Shown: piece by piece, positions 7,958-17,668 of the stretch | How the letters are laid out: each line of letters opens with the position of its first letter | Numbering within the stretch: the stretch's first letter is position 1 | IMG/VR virus record: IMGVR_UViG_3300042894_005834 | Span: 1-63,366 of that record | Strand: one strand, 5' to 3' | Source of the DNA: a virus | Taxonomy: Duplodnaviria > Caudoviricetes | DNA length: 63,366 bases | The notes under the pieces: generated by a model | Database searches by the model: none | The model's input: only the letters and a program-made list of their open reading frames with translations | What the model was told of the DNA's origin: nothing | Translations under genes and position numbers: made by a program

Positions 7958-9757
7958 TCATTGACACGCCAAACATTCATCGCCTTCGACAAGTTTTTTC
8001 ATATCAATTTCTTCTTCAATCTTATCTCGTAGAACTTTCTGACCGACGCGATCTGCTTTGCGAAGTTTGTCACTACGGCAGTAATAAAGAGACTTCAAGC
8101 CTTTTTTCCAAGCCTGGAAATGGATGGCGTGAAGATACTTGATGTTTACATCCGGACGAAAGAAGACATTTACGCTTTGACCTTGATCGATGAAAACTTG
8201 ACGGTCTGCGGCAAGTTCAATAACCCAGCGTTGATCTATTTCAACTGCAGTTTTATACACATCTTTTGTGTTTTGGTCAAGCCATTCTAAATGTTCAACT
8301 GAGCCGTCGTTGGCAATAATTGAAGCCCAAACATCGTTTATATCTAATTTTAATTCTTCACATTTCTTTTCTAGAACTTTTTCAAGAAAGCGGTTTTTAT
8401 ATACTGATGCTCCTGAAAGTGTGTCTTGACGAAATACATTGGCACGATATGGTTCGATACTTGGTGAAGTATTGCCCATAATGAGTGAAGAAGAGGCATT
8501 TGGGGCAATTGCCGTTGTATGTGAGAAGCGTAGTTTCAATCCTGCTTTTTCAGCATCAGGACAAGCTCCACGCTGTTCAGCTAGTTCAACATTAGCAACA
8601 TCAAGTTCTTGTTTGATATGTTTGAATACTCGCATATTTATTGATTTAGCAAGAGCACTTTCAAAGGGCAAACTAAGCTTTTGTAGATAGGCGTGAAAGC
8701 CAAGTGTTCCTACACCGATTGAACGCTCTTGTTGAGCTGAAAACCTGGCTCGACTGATTGTATCAGGTGCATTATCAATAAAATGTTGTAATACATTGTC
8801 GAGCATTTCAGCAACATCTTTGATGAAAAGTTTATCATTTTTCCATTCATCAAAATATTCTAAGTTCAACGAGGAAAGACAACAGACAGCAGTTCTTTCT
8901 TTACTTGTTGGTAAAAAGATTTCAGTGCAGAGATTTGAACCATTGATTTTTAAATCCTGACTTTTTAAATGCTCTGGTAGCGCTTTGTTCGCTGTATCAA
9001 TAAAGCATAGATATGGTTCACCAGTTTGCATACGCATTTCAACAATGCGTTGCCATAAATCTCTTGCTGATACGGTTTCACGAATTACGCCTGTTTTGGT
9101 ATCACGCAAATGCCAGCTATCATCGGCAGTTGGATCGACCATACATTTTTCAATTATTTTCATAAAATCATCTGTGATATTAATACCGTGATGCAGGTTA
9201 GCACAACGCATATTTTGATCACCTGTGGGTTTACGCATTTCTAGAAACTGTATTATGTCGGGATGATTAATGTTTAAATAAGCAGCATATGAACCACGAC
9301 GAGTTTTACCTTGGCGATATGCCAAAGAAGAAGCATCGTATATCTTTAGATGCGGCATAATGCCAGCTGATTTAGAATCAGAAGCGCGTATGCCTAAATG
9401 CACACCAACTCCACCGCCCAACATTGATAACCAGTTTGTTTCTGATAGAGTGTTTACCAACCCTTCTGAAGAATCATCCATATAATTCAAAAAACAGCTT
9501 ATGGCCATACCTTTTTTTGAGCGACCATATGACAAAATTGGTGTTGAATAACTTAACCAATGTTTAGAAGAATAATCATAAAGCCTTTGCGAGTGTTCTA
9601 AATTTGAACCAAATTGTTTGGATACAAAAGCAAAACGCTCTTGTGGCGACTTTTCTTCTTCTAACATATAAGATTCTTTAAGTCTTCGAAGACCTAGTTC
9701 GTCAAGCAATGAATCTCTTTCAAAATCAACATCGATACCGTTATCCAACTTTGTCAT
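7958..9757 (-). CDS. nrdA: ribonucleotide reductase class I alpha subunit (no ATP cone)
   Basis: ISCFL, SNLCTEI, AIAPNASSS, KSLYYCR, C-terminal CLACQ. Confidence 0.96.
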   Translation of the reverse strand: MTKLDNGIDVDFERDSLLDELGLRRLKESYMLEEEKSPQERFAFVSKQFGSNLEHSQRLYDYSSKHWLSYSTPILSYGRSKKGMAISCFLNYMDDSSEGLVNTLSETNWLSMLGGGVGVHLGIRASDSKSAGIMPHLKIYDASSLAYRQGKTRRGSYAAYLNINHPDIIQFLEMRKPTGDQNMRCANLHHGINITDDFMKIIEKCMVDPTADDSWHLRDTKTGVIRETVSARDLWQRIVEMRMQTGEPYLCFIDTANKALPEHLKSQDLKINGSNLCTEIFLPTSKERTAVCCLSSLNLEYFDEWKNDKLFIKDVAEMLDNVLQHFIDNAPDTISRARFSAQQERSIGVGTLGFHAYLQKLSLPFESALAKSINMRVFKHIKQELDVANVELAEQRGACPDAEKAGLKLRFSHTTAIAPNASSSLIMGNTSPSIEPYRANVFRQDTLSGASVYKNRFLEKVLEKKCEELKLDINDVWASIIANDGSVEHLEWLDQNTKDVYKTAVEIDQRWVIELAADRQVFIDQGQSVNVFFRPDVNIKYLHAIHFQAWKKGLKSLYYCRSDKLRKADRVGQKVLRDKIEEEIDMKKLVEGDECLACQ

Positions 9758-9785
9758 TTACTAGTCCTCTGTGATATAGCGAATC

Positions 9786-10250
9786 TTAGAAACTTCTATG
9801 CACTAAATGATCGGCTGCATAAATGGCAGCAACATTTTGCGGCTTAAAAAATGTAGGGAAGCCGAAACTTGTAGCATATCCAACAGCAGAATTTAACAAC
9901 TTGTTAGATAAATGTTGTGGATCTGAATTGAGATCCAAATCAACTGCTTCAATGTCAATATTATATTCTTCTCGTAACATATTTGCAAAAGAAACTGCTT
10001 TTTCTACCTCAAACCAAAGTCTTTTATACACATTTTCTATCTTTGGTATTTTATCTCTAAGATACAAGATAAATGCACCACTATTGTTTGGATGAACTCC
10101 CACCAATACGGTTATATAGATAGTCTTATCTTTTGTATTTAAGCTATCACATCCAACACGATATTTTATTCCTGGTGATTTTTGCTTTAAGAATTCTGCC
10201 AGTAAAACCGGTTCGTCTGAGGTGTAGGTTTTTATTTTAAGATCGTTCAT
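9786..10250 (-). CDS. YkuK/DUF458-like RNase H-fold protein
   Basis: VGCDS...RLWFEVEKA...DLDLN...KP...A.YAADH. Confidence 0.75.
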   Translation of the reverse strand: MNDLKIKTYTSDEPVLLAEFLKQKSPGIKYRVGCDSLNTKDKTIYITVLVGVHPNNSGAFILYLRDKIPKIENVYKRLWFEVEKAVSFANMLREEYNIDIEAVDLDLNSDPQHLSNKLLNSAVGYATSFGFPTFFKPQNVAAIYAADHLVHRSF

Positions 10251-11653
10251 GTTGCAACACTTTCTGGTGGCTTACTTACTGTAACATCACTTTTAAACTG
10301 AACATATTTTTCTTTCAGTTTGTTAAGTTGCTTTTTAGAAGCTTTCTTTTCTATATCTTCCTTAGATTCATTGGTGGGTTCAAAGACTCTAATTTCCGCA
10401 CAACTAGTATCCATAAATATTGGACATATAATACCGTCTGGACCAAATCGATTTTTAGCAATTAACATACGACCGCTGTTTGTCTTTTTATCATCAAGAG
10501 TTCGCGACACTGTAAAGATAAAGTCGGCTACGAAACATTTATTGAAAGCTTCACTGATACTATCTAATGTGATTACTTCTGCATTTAGTCCTGATCGATT
10601 TGTTTGACTTGCAGTCCAGATAGGGCAACCAGTTTCTTTAGCTAAACCACGAAGTTCTTCATAGATGCTTTCCAGTTCTTCACGCTTTTCTTTTCTACTG
10701 GTAGATGGTTTCAGTAGATCTCCATAGTCTAAGATAATCATACCAACATCTATGCCGCGTTGCCGTATTTTTTCAAGATGATTGCGTATTGTGCTTGTCG
10801 ATGCACTTTTTGTTGGATACTCTTTGATAATAAGCTTACCAGTTACATCTTTGATCTTCTCGAAAACAACATCTTTCTTGGCTTGCAAAGCATCTAACGG
10901 TATACCAGTTATAGCACTATCATAGCGAAGTCCAATTGACTTATCGTCAAGTTCTAAAGTGTAATGAAGCACAGTCTTACCAGCTTTAACAGCTTGGGCA
11001 CCAAGATGGACTAATACAAAGCTTTTACCTGCACCGGTAGGCGCAACAACAACTCCCAATTCACCTCTACCCAAACCACCACGCATAAATCCATCGAATA
11101 CATCCCAACCGGTTGTAACTACTTTTCTAGCTTTTAGTTCATATCTCTGTTCAAAATGTTCATCATATGAATAGCCAAAATCTGAATTTGTGCCTAGCTT
11201 GATGGCGTTATCGATAAGTTGACGGATTTCTTCAAAAGAAGATTGCTTCAAAAGTTCGACGCTTTTGATCATAGCTTCTTTGAGTTTTTGTTTTTTACAA
11301 AATTCGACAGAATTAGATTTCACATATTCGTCGTCGACGCCGGTAGCACCTGATGCGAATCTTGCATAAAATTCTCGTATTTGCTTTTGTAAAGCTTCGT
11401 TTTCGTCGTCCATTTCTGAACGCAATATGGTTTCTACAGTAGCTTGACTAGCATACTTGCCATATTTTGTTTTATAATCAAAAATCTTTTTTGCGAAGAC
11501 ACGAAGATATTTAAGTTCAAAGAAGTTGTAATCCAGCACTTCGCCAATTTGGTTGGCAAAGATTGGATCTTGCATAATCAAATATGCAAGCTTTTCTTGA
11601 AATTGCTTTCCGAAAGAAGAAAAGTTTGTTTCTCCCTGTTGTATTTCATCCAT
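10247..11653 (-). CDS. replicative helicase, DnaB/T4 gp41-like
   Basis: APTGAGKS Walker A, YTLEL, ILDYGDL, TASQTNR, KNRFG. Confidence 0.92.
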   Translation of the reverse strand: MDEIQQGETNFSSFGKQFQEKLAYLIMQDPIFANQIGEVLDYNFFELKYLRVFAKKIFDYKTKYGKYASQATVETILRSEMDDENEALQKQIREFYARFASGATGVDDEYVKSNSVEFCKKQKLKEAMIKSVELLKQSSFEEIRQLIDNAIKLGTNSDFGYSYDEHFEQRYELKARKVVTTGWDVFDGFMRGGLGRGELGVVVAPTGAGKSFVLVHLGAQAVKAGKTVLHYTLELDDKSIGLRYDSAITGIPLDALQAKKDVVFEKIKDVTGKLIIKEYPTKSASTSTIRNHLEKIRQRGIDVGMIILDYGDLLKPSTSRKEKREELESIYEELRGLAKETGCPIWTASQTNRSGLNAEVITLDSISEAFNKCFVADFIFTVSRTLDDKKTNSGRMLIAKNRFGPDGIICPIFMDTSCAEIRVFEPTNESKEDIEKKASKKQLNKLKEKYVQFKSDVTVSKPPESVAT

Positions 11654-11749
11654 TTAATTACTCCAGATCAGAATATTAAATCTGATCCATAAAATCTACT
11701 TCATTATCAGTGCTTTAAGTCACTAGTGCAGTATCACTGCGTCATAGTA

Positions 11750-12727
11750 TCACAGTCCCTTGTGATCTGCAATGATCTTTTTCAGAGCCGCATAAAGTTC
11801 GTCAAATTTTACTTCACCAAAACCATCTTCAATCATCATTTTACGAATTTCTGTTAGATTAAATTCTGGATTATAGTTTTGCAAAGTATAATCAATCTTC
11901 TTTAAGACTTGATACGACATATTAGGAGACTTAAGCTGCATCACAGAAAAGTTTGTGTGTATTGTATCGGCTTCATCAACTATACTTTGGAAAATCTTTA
12001 GCTTTGAACCATCTTCAACTTGTTTCTTACAGAAATCGATTATCTCTCCTGTTAGATACTCTTTCTCTTCTGCCAAAAAAGTCATCTTGTTGGAAATGGT
12101 TTTAAGGCCAACACCTTTAACACCGTCGATGTTGTCAGAAGGATCACCAGCTATAGCGCGTGCAACAGCAAAGTTGTTTGGATGAATTCCAAACTCTTCT
12201 AGAATCTTTTTTGTTGTTAGCACTTCATTTTGAATTGGTCGGAAAAGAACCGTTTTGTTATTACATAGCTGAATGAAATCTTTATCGGAGGATACAATTA
12301 CTTTATCCCAGTCTTTAAAATATTCGTGGTTACAAACAACAGCAATAAGATCGTCAGCTTCTATTTCCTTTTCTAGAAATTGGATTGTTGGCATACAATT
12401 AAGGTATTCCATTACCTTTAACTGTTGCCATACTTTGTTTTGAATTTCTTGGTCTTCGGTGAGGTTCTTTATGTCTCGATTAAGTCGAATAGGTTTACGA
12501 CCATCCTTATAAGTCTTTATAATTGTTTTTTTCTTACGACTTCCGCCTGGACCATCGTGACAAACAACAATGCAAGAAGGTTTAACTTCTCTAACCAATT
12601 TTTGCAAAGATTTCATGTATCCCTTGAGTCCACCAATTGGCTTTCCGTGTGTTGAGATACTTGGATCTACGATGTAGTTCCTTATGAAATTATTAAGAGA
12701 ATCTATAATCATTAACCGTTTTGTCAT
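11750..12727 (-). CDS. 5'-3' exonuclease / T4 RNase H-like flap nuclease
   Basis: IIDSLN, YKDGR, EADDLI, SSDKDF, GDPSDNIDGVKGVG.KT. Confidence 0.92.
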   Translation of the reverse strand: MTKRLMIIDSLNNFIRNYIVDPSISTHGKPIGGLKGYMKSLQKLVREVKPSCIVVCHDGPGGSRKKKTIIKTYKDGRKPIRLNRDIKNLTEDQEIQNKVWQQLKVMEYLNCMPTIQFLEKEIEADDLIAVVCNHEYFKDWDKVIVSSDKDFIQLCNNKTVLFRPIQNEVLTTKKILEEFGIHPNNFAVARAIAGDPSDNIDGVKGVGLKTISNKMTFLAEEKEYLTGEIIDFCKKQVEDGSKLKIFQSIVDEADTIHTNFSVMQLKSPNMSYQVLKKIDYTLQNYNPEFNLTEIRKMMIEDGFGEVKFDELYAALKKIIADHKGL

Positions 12728-12743
12728 TTTGTTCCTTATAAGG

Positions 12744-12774
12744 ATGAATACCCCCGCTAGACGGGGGTATTCAT
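12744..12774. repeat. 13-bp perfect inverted repeat (stem-loop) just upstream of the exonuclease RBS
   Basis: ATGAATACCCCCG-ctaga-CGGGGGTATTCAT. Confidence 0.8.
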
Positions 12775-12793
12775 TGGTTTGCTTTACATTTAT

Positions 12794-13015
12794 TTAGCGT
12801 TTGTGATTGAAACCAAAAAATACTGACCAGCCACTTCCAATATGCGAACAGTCATAAGACTTCATACTATTTTTATCAAGCACAATACCTTTTTGAAAAC
12901 ACCACATTTTTAATGCTTCAAACACTTCATCTTGGTTAAAGGTATATAAGCCTTCGCTTGTTTTTTGATCAAAATCACTAGTCATAAATAAACTTCTTTT
13001 TTTATTAAGCTGCAA
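12794..13015 (-). CDS. hypothetical protein
   Basis: ORF track; start may be the internal Met (MTSDF). Confidence 0.55.
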   Translation of the reverse strand: MQLNKKRSLFMTSDFDQKTSEGLYTFNQDEVFEALKMWCFQKGIVLDKNSMKSYDCSHIGSGWSVFFGFNHKR

Positions 13016-13500
13016 TAAACTCTGTCACAATAAACTTACCGTGATGATCTGTGCCGTTTCGCTCAAGAAAATAATCAGTAAGCTTGGATGGTTCTCCAAC
13101 CAGACCAATCATATCTCGATTACGAAGAATACAATTTTCTCCATTGTCATTAACATAAACAACTTTTCCTACTTCTGCTTTTTTCAATGCGTGTTGACAC
13201 AACAAGCAAGGCTTACCATTTTTATTTTCGCGAGCAGTTGGAGAAGAAGTATTATTAAATCTGTAAATAAAAATCTTACTACCTTTGGCTTTTTCTCCAA
13301 GCTTATCGAGTAGATCAATTTCTGCGTGCATGGAACACTTAAAAACAGATTTATTCCTAGAATATCTGCGCTTATTAACGCCATGTGCCAGTGGCTTTCC
13401 ACCTTTCACTGCAAAAGCAACAACTTGATGTTGCAGTGTCTCGTCACGATATTGAGATGCAAGATCTTCAGCTATGTACTACAAAATCAAGATACTTCAT
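13005..13500 (-). CDS. zinc-dependent cytidine/dCMP-type deaminase, 5' end frameshifted
   Basis: HAE and PCxxC motifs; ATG at 13500 with AGGAG SD is out of frame with the catalytic ORF. Confidence 0.8.
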
Positions 13501-13554
13501 GGTATCAGGCTCCTATTTTCTTGGGTCAGACCAGTTGATCTGACTTGCAGACCC

Positions 13555-13583
13555 ATCTTAACACACAGCCAGTGTTCTGTCAA
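13555..13583 (-). promoter_or_regulatory. sigma70-type promoter
   Basis: TTGACA-17-TAAGAT with extended TG; -35 contains the recA stop. Confidence 0.8.
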
Positions 13584-14713
13584 GCAAGGTCTTCATCATC
13601 AGCATCAGTCGACTCTTCTTTTTCATAAAACTGTGAAGCCATACCTTCACGCTTATCAAATTTAAGAATTACTTCTTCATTAAGAAGATCAAAAACTCGT
13701 TGTCTAAACTTTGTTTCTTTCATCTTTTCTGCCCAATCAGCTGTGCGAAACTTCTCAGAAGAACCATCAGAATGTACCAGAGTATTCCAAGAACCTACTG
13801 TAAGACTAGATGAAGATTTAATAGCTTCAAATAGTGATTCGTCATCAAGAACACCAACACGATCAGCCCACATAATCTGGAACTCACAAGCACGACCTTG
13901 TGTGCCAAAGCGGGATTTTTCTAATCGTGCTTTTACTAATGAACCAATACGAAAGCCTTTGGAATCATTAACAAAACTATCTTTTGCTTTTGAGCCAGTC
14001 AGCCAGATACGCAAACTATAAGCATATGCTGGTGACTTTCCACCTGGAGTAAAGAACTTTTGAGATTGTGTCCAATACTTAGGATTACCGTCGCCACCAA
14101 TATTAAGCTTAAGCTGATTCAGGATCAATAGCGTCGAACGACTCTCTGCAATAGGGATTGTTAATTTTGAAAACCCCTTTGAAAGAATACGAGCTTTTAC
14201 TGCCATTGAAGATTGAGGATTAAAATCTCCTTCAACATCGGTAATGGTGGGGGTCATTGCTAATGAATCCCAGATAAACAAGAATCTAGAGCCACCATTT
14301 TTGATCAATTCTTCAATTTGTTCTAAAACTGCTTCTACTGAAACAGCTTGAATGTAAATAAGATTTTCTAGATCGCAACCAGCACTTTGTAGGAACTTAG
14401 GATCGATAGCTGATTCGCTATCAAAATATACTGGGACAATACCTTGTTTTTGTGCATTTGCAGCTACTTGAGCAGCAAGATAACTTTTTCCGGTTGCTTC
14501 TTCACCGGCAATTTCAGAAATTTTACCTACTGGTATGCCTGCTTTTTTACCACGACATACAATAGAATCTAACCATGTAGAACCAGTAGAAATCCATTCT
14601 TTTACTTCTGTAGGATTTTCTTCTGTTAGATCGTGAGCAACACTCATACCTGCTTTTTTATTTAGAAGAGTGCGCATTTCACCAATTGAAAGTTTTCCAG
14701 CCTTTAAAGTCAT
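13580..14713 (-). CDS. uvsX: RecA/UvsX recombinase
   Basis: ISTGS..LD, EIAGEEATGKS, FDSE.AID, IWDSLA, LNQLK, TPGGK. Confidence 0.92.
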   Translation of the reverse strand: MTLKAGKLSIGEMRTLLNKKAGMSVAHDLTEENPTEVKEWISTGSTWLDSIVCRGKKAGIPVGKISEIAGEEATGKSYLAAQVAANAQKQGIVPVYFDSESAIDPKFLQSAGCDLENLIYIQAVSVEAVLEQIEELIKNGGSRFLFIWDSLAMTPTITDVEGDFNPQSSMAVKARILSKGFSKLTIPIAESRSTLLILNQLKLNIGGDGNPKYWTQSQKFFTPGGKSPAYAYSLRIWLTGSKAKDSFVNDSKGFRIGSLVKARLEKSRFGTQGRACEFQIMWADRVGVLDDESLFEAIKSSSSLTVGSWNTLVHSDGSSEKFRTADWAEKMKETKFRQRVFDLLNEEVILKFDKREGMASQFYEKEESTDADDEDLA

Positions 14714-14726
14714 TTATAGCTCCTAT

Positions 14727-14764
14727 AAAAAAGAACCGGCACATTTTACTATGCCGGTTCTTTT
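14727..14764 (-). terminator. intrinsic terminator (possibly bidirectional)
   Basis: AAGAACCGGCA...TGCCGGTTCTT with T tracts on both strands. Confidence 0.75.
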
Positions 14765-14781
14765 CAAATGTCATCTTACCA

Positions 14782-15531
14782 TCAATCTCGAAGAGATTTA
14801 AGTGCCGCATCGACACTAGATAGCTCTTCAAATTTAGTAACACCTTCACTGTCATCTGGTGCTTCACCAGCTTCACCGCTGTTAAGAAATTGTTCTAGCA
14901 TAAGTTTAATTTCTTCAACTGGTCGGCGCTTATGTAGCTTATCAAAGTCAGGAATACGAGCAAGAATATCTTTACAAGATTCTGGATCCATATCCTTACA
15001 CATAGGACTAGAACGACGCTTTAGGACAAGCTTAGTTTCTGGGTATTTCTTTCCACCAGCTTTCTTACCATACTCTAGATCGATATCTACGCCTTCATCT
15101 AGGTCAGTGACGTCACCATATTCTGGATTAAGAACTGTCTCAATCAGGAATTGATAAGTTGTCTTGCTATAGCCCCAAATCTTGGGTCCATCTTTCTCAT
15201 CATTACGAATAAGAACTGGGGAGAAAAAGCGCTGCTTCTTGACCATCTTTGAAGCCAACTCACGCGATTCTTCATCTTTATCGTTGTAAAGCTTGCTAAC
15301 AAATTCACAGATTGGGCAGGCTTCTCCAAAATTTCCTTTTGGACAAAGGATGCTTTCTTTTCCAAATCCATAGTGGAAGAAGAAAGACTTAAAAGGATCT
15401 CCATCTGGTGTAGGAAGGATTCGGATTGTTTGAACTCCTTCTTGTGGCGACCAGAACTTAGCATTCTGTTGTTTGCCACCTCCCTTAAGAGTATCAAGTT
15501 TATTACGCATTTTTGAAATATCAATAGCCAT
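14782..15531 (-). CDS. single-stranded DNA-binding protein, gp32-like
   Basis: IRILP, FFHY, CP...CPIC zinc site, acidic C-terminal tail; start MAIDISK with GGAG SD. Confidence 0.85.
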   Translation of the reverse strand: MAIDISKMRNKLDTLKGGGKQQNAKFWSPQEGVQTIRILPTPDGDPFKSFFFHYGFGKESILCPKGNFGEACPICEFVSKLYNDKDEESRELASKMVKKQRFFSPVLIRNDEKDGPKIWGYSKTTYQFLIETVLNPEYGDVTDLDEGVDIDLEYGKKAGGKKYPETKLVLKRRSSPMCKDMDPESCKDILARIPDFDKLHKRRPVEEIKLMLEQFLNSGEAGEAPDDSEGVTKFEELSSVDAALKSLRD

Positions 15532-15600
15532 TTTTTTCTCCATTACAGCCGCAATTGGCCGGGTTAATACACGGTCGGCGTTTATTCCGACCGCAAAGTG

Positions 15601-15629
15601 ATCTTAGCACACACCAGAATGCTTGTCAA
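15601..15629 (-). promoter_or_regulatory. sigma70-type promoter for ssb
   Basis: TTGACA-17-TAAGAT with extended TG; -35 contains the stop of the tubulin-like gene. Confidence 0.8.
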
Positions 15630-16468
15630 GCACTGAGATCGACATTTTGTAATATGTGTGTGCTAACTTCCATATAAGTATAATTATCTGTATACTCATT
15701 TTGATAGATTCCGAAACCTCCAGTAACATTTTCGGCTAATCTATCTTTAACTTGAATTTTAATTTTCTGCAAAAGCTTTCCATCTTTTTCAAGTTGAATC
15801 TTACTCATCGAGTAATAAAAGAATTTATTTGTTATATTATTTAAATTATAAAACAAAGATTCTTTGCCTGTTTTTGGATCTAGTGTTCCAAAAGTTGTTA
15901 TTTTATTTATGTCTAAAGTTTGTGGATTTGTTATCGTAACAGGTTCGATATGCTTAAAAACATTTATCATATGTATTGTCGACACTATTGCTTGATTGAT
16001 TTTTTGATGATAAACAGCAATCGGGGCTTCACCAATTATTTCTTCCATAGAAAGGTTGTCTACTAAATATAACTTATCAAACAAACCAGATCTTGCATAT
16101 TCTTGCAAGATATTAAATGTTATCTTTTCTTGTAGAAGTTTTTTATGCGATATCAGATTTAAATCTGGTCTAACATATAGTATTGATATTCTTGTATGTT
16201 TTATTTGCTCTAATATGGCTAAGGTAGCACCGGTTATATCAGAAGAACCAACTAGAACAAACAATACCTCATCTTCTAAGTCTTTAAAAAAGAGTTTTAA
16301 ATCCGGACACTTCTCTTCATATAATTCTGGCGATTTAAGATCTGGCAGACTTATCGAACGCTCTGATGCAGGTAAATTTACACCGATTTTATAAACGGTA
16401 TATTGTTCATACGATGAGAACAAATCAGCGATTCGATTTCCGCCATTTCCTAATCCGATTACATCCAT
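15626..16468 (-). CDS. divergent tubulin/FtsZ-like protein
   Basis: N-terminal VIGLGNGGNRIA (T1-like), hydrophobic strand then GSSDITGA at the signature position, VRP (T5-like), YLVDN (T6-like). Confidence 0.65.
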   Translation of the reverse strand: MDVIGLGNGGNRIADLFSSYEQYTVYKIGVNLPASERSISLPDLKSPELYEEKCPDLKLFFKDLEDEVLFVLVGSSDITGATLAILEQIKHTRISILYVRPDLNLISHKKLLQEKITFNILQEYARSGLFDKLYLVDNLSMEEIIGEAPIAVYHQKINQAIVSTIHMINVFKHIEPVTITNPQTLDINKITTFGTLDPKTGKESLFYNLNNITNKFFYYSMSKIQLEKDGKLLQKIKIQVKDRLAENVTGGFGIYQNEYTDNYTYMEVSTHILQNVDLSA

Positions 16469-17661
16469 GACGCATTCCTTGTTTTATCTTCTTGCATATT
16501 TCCGAAATCGGTTCCAAAAGAAACATTAACAGGAAAGACCCCAAGCTTATTATTAGACATAACGTTAATAGCATCATTAACGATCTCTCTGTCATTATTG
16601 GTAATATCAAGAAATATGGCATCGTGTATAATAAATGGTATAAAGCTTTTGCTGTTGTGGATACTTAGCAGTTGATCAATTTCTAGCGCCTGTAACAGCA
16701 CCAAATCGGCTGTGGTCGATTGCACAAGATAGTTAAGAGCGTGGAAGGGGTCTGCTTCAATTCTTCGTCCAAATGGATTCTGGATGGTTTTTCCGTCATA
16801 AAACTTATCTAACAATAATTTTGTTTCAAACAACTCTGAGAACTTTTCATATTCAGCACTTCGTGAACCATAAAGCCAAGCAAACAATCCCTTCTTTGCT
16901 TGTTCTCTAGTAATTCCTAGCTTATTAGCATTCCATTCGTGTAAATCGCCTTTAGGTTGTTCTTTTCCAGCTAATGAAAGTAAAGTTCTTGCTTCTGCTG
17001 CATTGTAATCGATTTCAACAAAAAGATCGTTTGTTGGCTTAACTAAGGAACGATAATCAGAGTTCATCGTTAATATAGGAAAGCTTTTTGCTATTGAACT
17101 TAATCTGCCTGTTTTGGTTCCAAACTGATTATAATTAACTGATCTACTGTAATTCTTAAGATTATCTATAAATTCATTAGTTTTAACGATCTTATTAAGA
17201 GAATTTTTATTAAGATCTAGTTTTAGATCTCTTGATCTGATCTTACAGATCAATTTTTCAAGTTTTAAGTAGAAAGAATAATTTGATGGTTTTGGATAGT
17301 TGACAAAAACACTATCGACGATTTGACTTTTAAGTTCGCAATATTCAAGCAAGAATTGCGTAGGAACAAGATCAAAAAAGCAATTGTCTTCTAAATTTAA
17401 TTTAGCTTCTGTAAAAGAACGAAAAAAAGCATCTAGCTTTTTATTTTGATCAACCAACTGATTTTTAAGGTTTTCTGGGCATATCTGTTCTATGGACTTG
17501 CCTTCAACCCACAGATGGCCAAACATAATCTCTTCGTCATCAAAGGTCGATGAATACTTCCAAGTATGCGTCAAGCCTACCGGTAGTTTGTTGAAGTAAA
17601 GTTTGCCATTGGTATAGATTCCTTTGCACTGTTCTTTGTCGTCAAGTGTTATAAAAGACAA
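16459..17661 (-). CDS. compact family A DNA polymerase (polymerase domain only)
   Basis: TKTGRLSS, motif A EIDYNAAEAR, motif B REQAKKGLFAWLYG, ALNYLVQSTTAD, motif C IHDA. Confidence 0.85.
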   Translation of the reverse strand: MSFITLDDKEQCKGIYTNGKLYFNKLPVGLTHTWKYSSTFDDEEIMFGHLWVEGKSIEQICPENLKNQLVDQNKKLDAFFRSFTEAKLNLEDNCFFDLVPTQFLLEYCELKSQIVDSVFVNYPKPSNYSFYLKLEKLICKIRSRDLKLDLNKNSLNKIVKTNEFIDNLKNYSRSVNYNQFGTKTGRLSSIAKSFPILTMNSDYRSLVKPTNDLFVEIDYNAAEARTLLSLAGKEQPKGDLHEWNANKLGITREQAKKGLFAWLYGSRSAEYEKFSELFETKLLLDKFYDGKTIQNPFGRRIEADPFHALNYLVQSTTADLVLLQALEIDQLLSIHNSKSFIPFIIHDAIFLDITNNDREIVNDAINVMSNNKLGVFPVNVSFGTDFGNMQEDKTRNASWM

Positions 17662-17668
17662 GTTAACC

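Noticed and set aside
11655-15600. tRNA genes in structured intergenic gaps
   Set aside because: No cloverleaf or GTTCRA T-loop in context; only simple hairpins
15626-16468. Nucleus-forming jumbo phage interpretation of the tubulin
   Set aside because: No chimallin or multisubunit RNA polymerase genes seen here; the head and tail modules are T4-like and host sigma70 promoters are used
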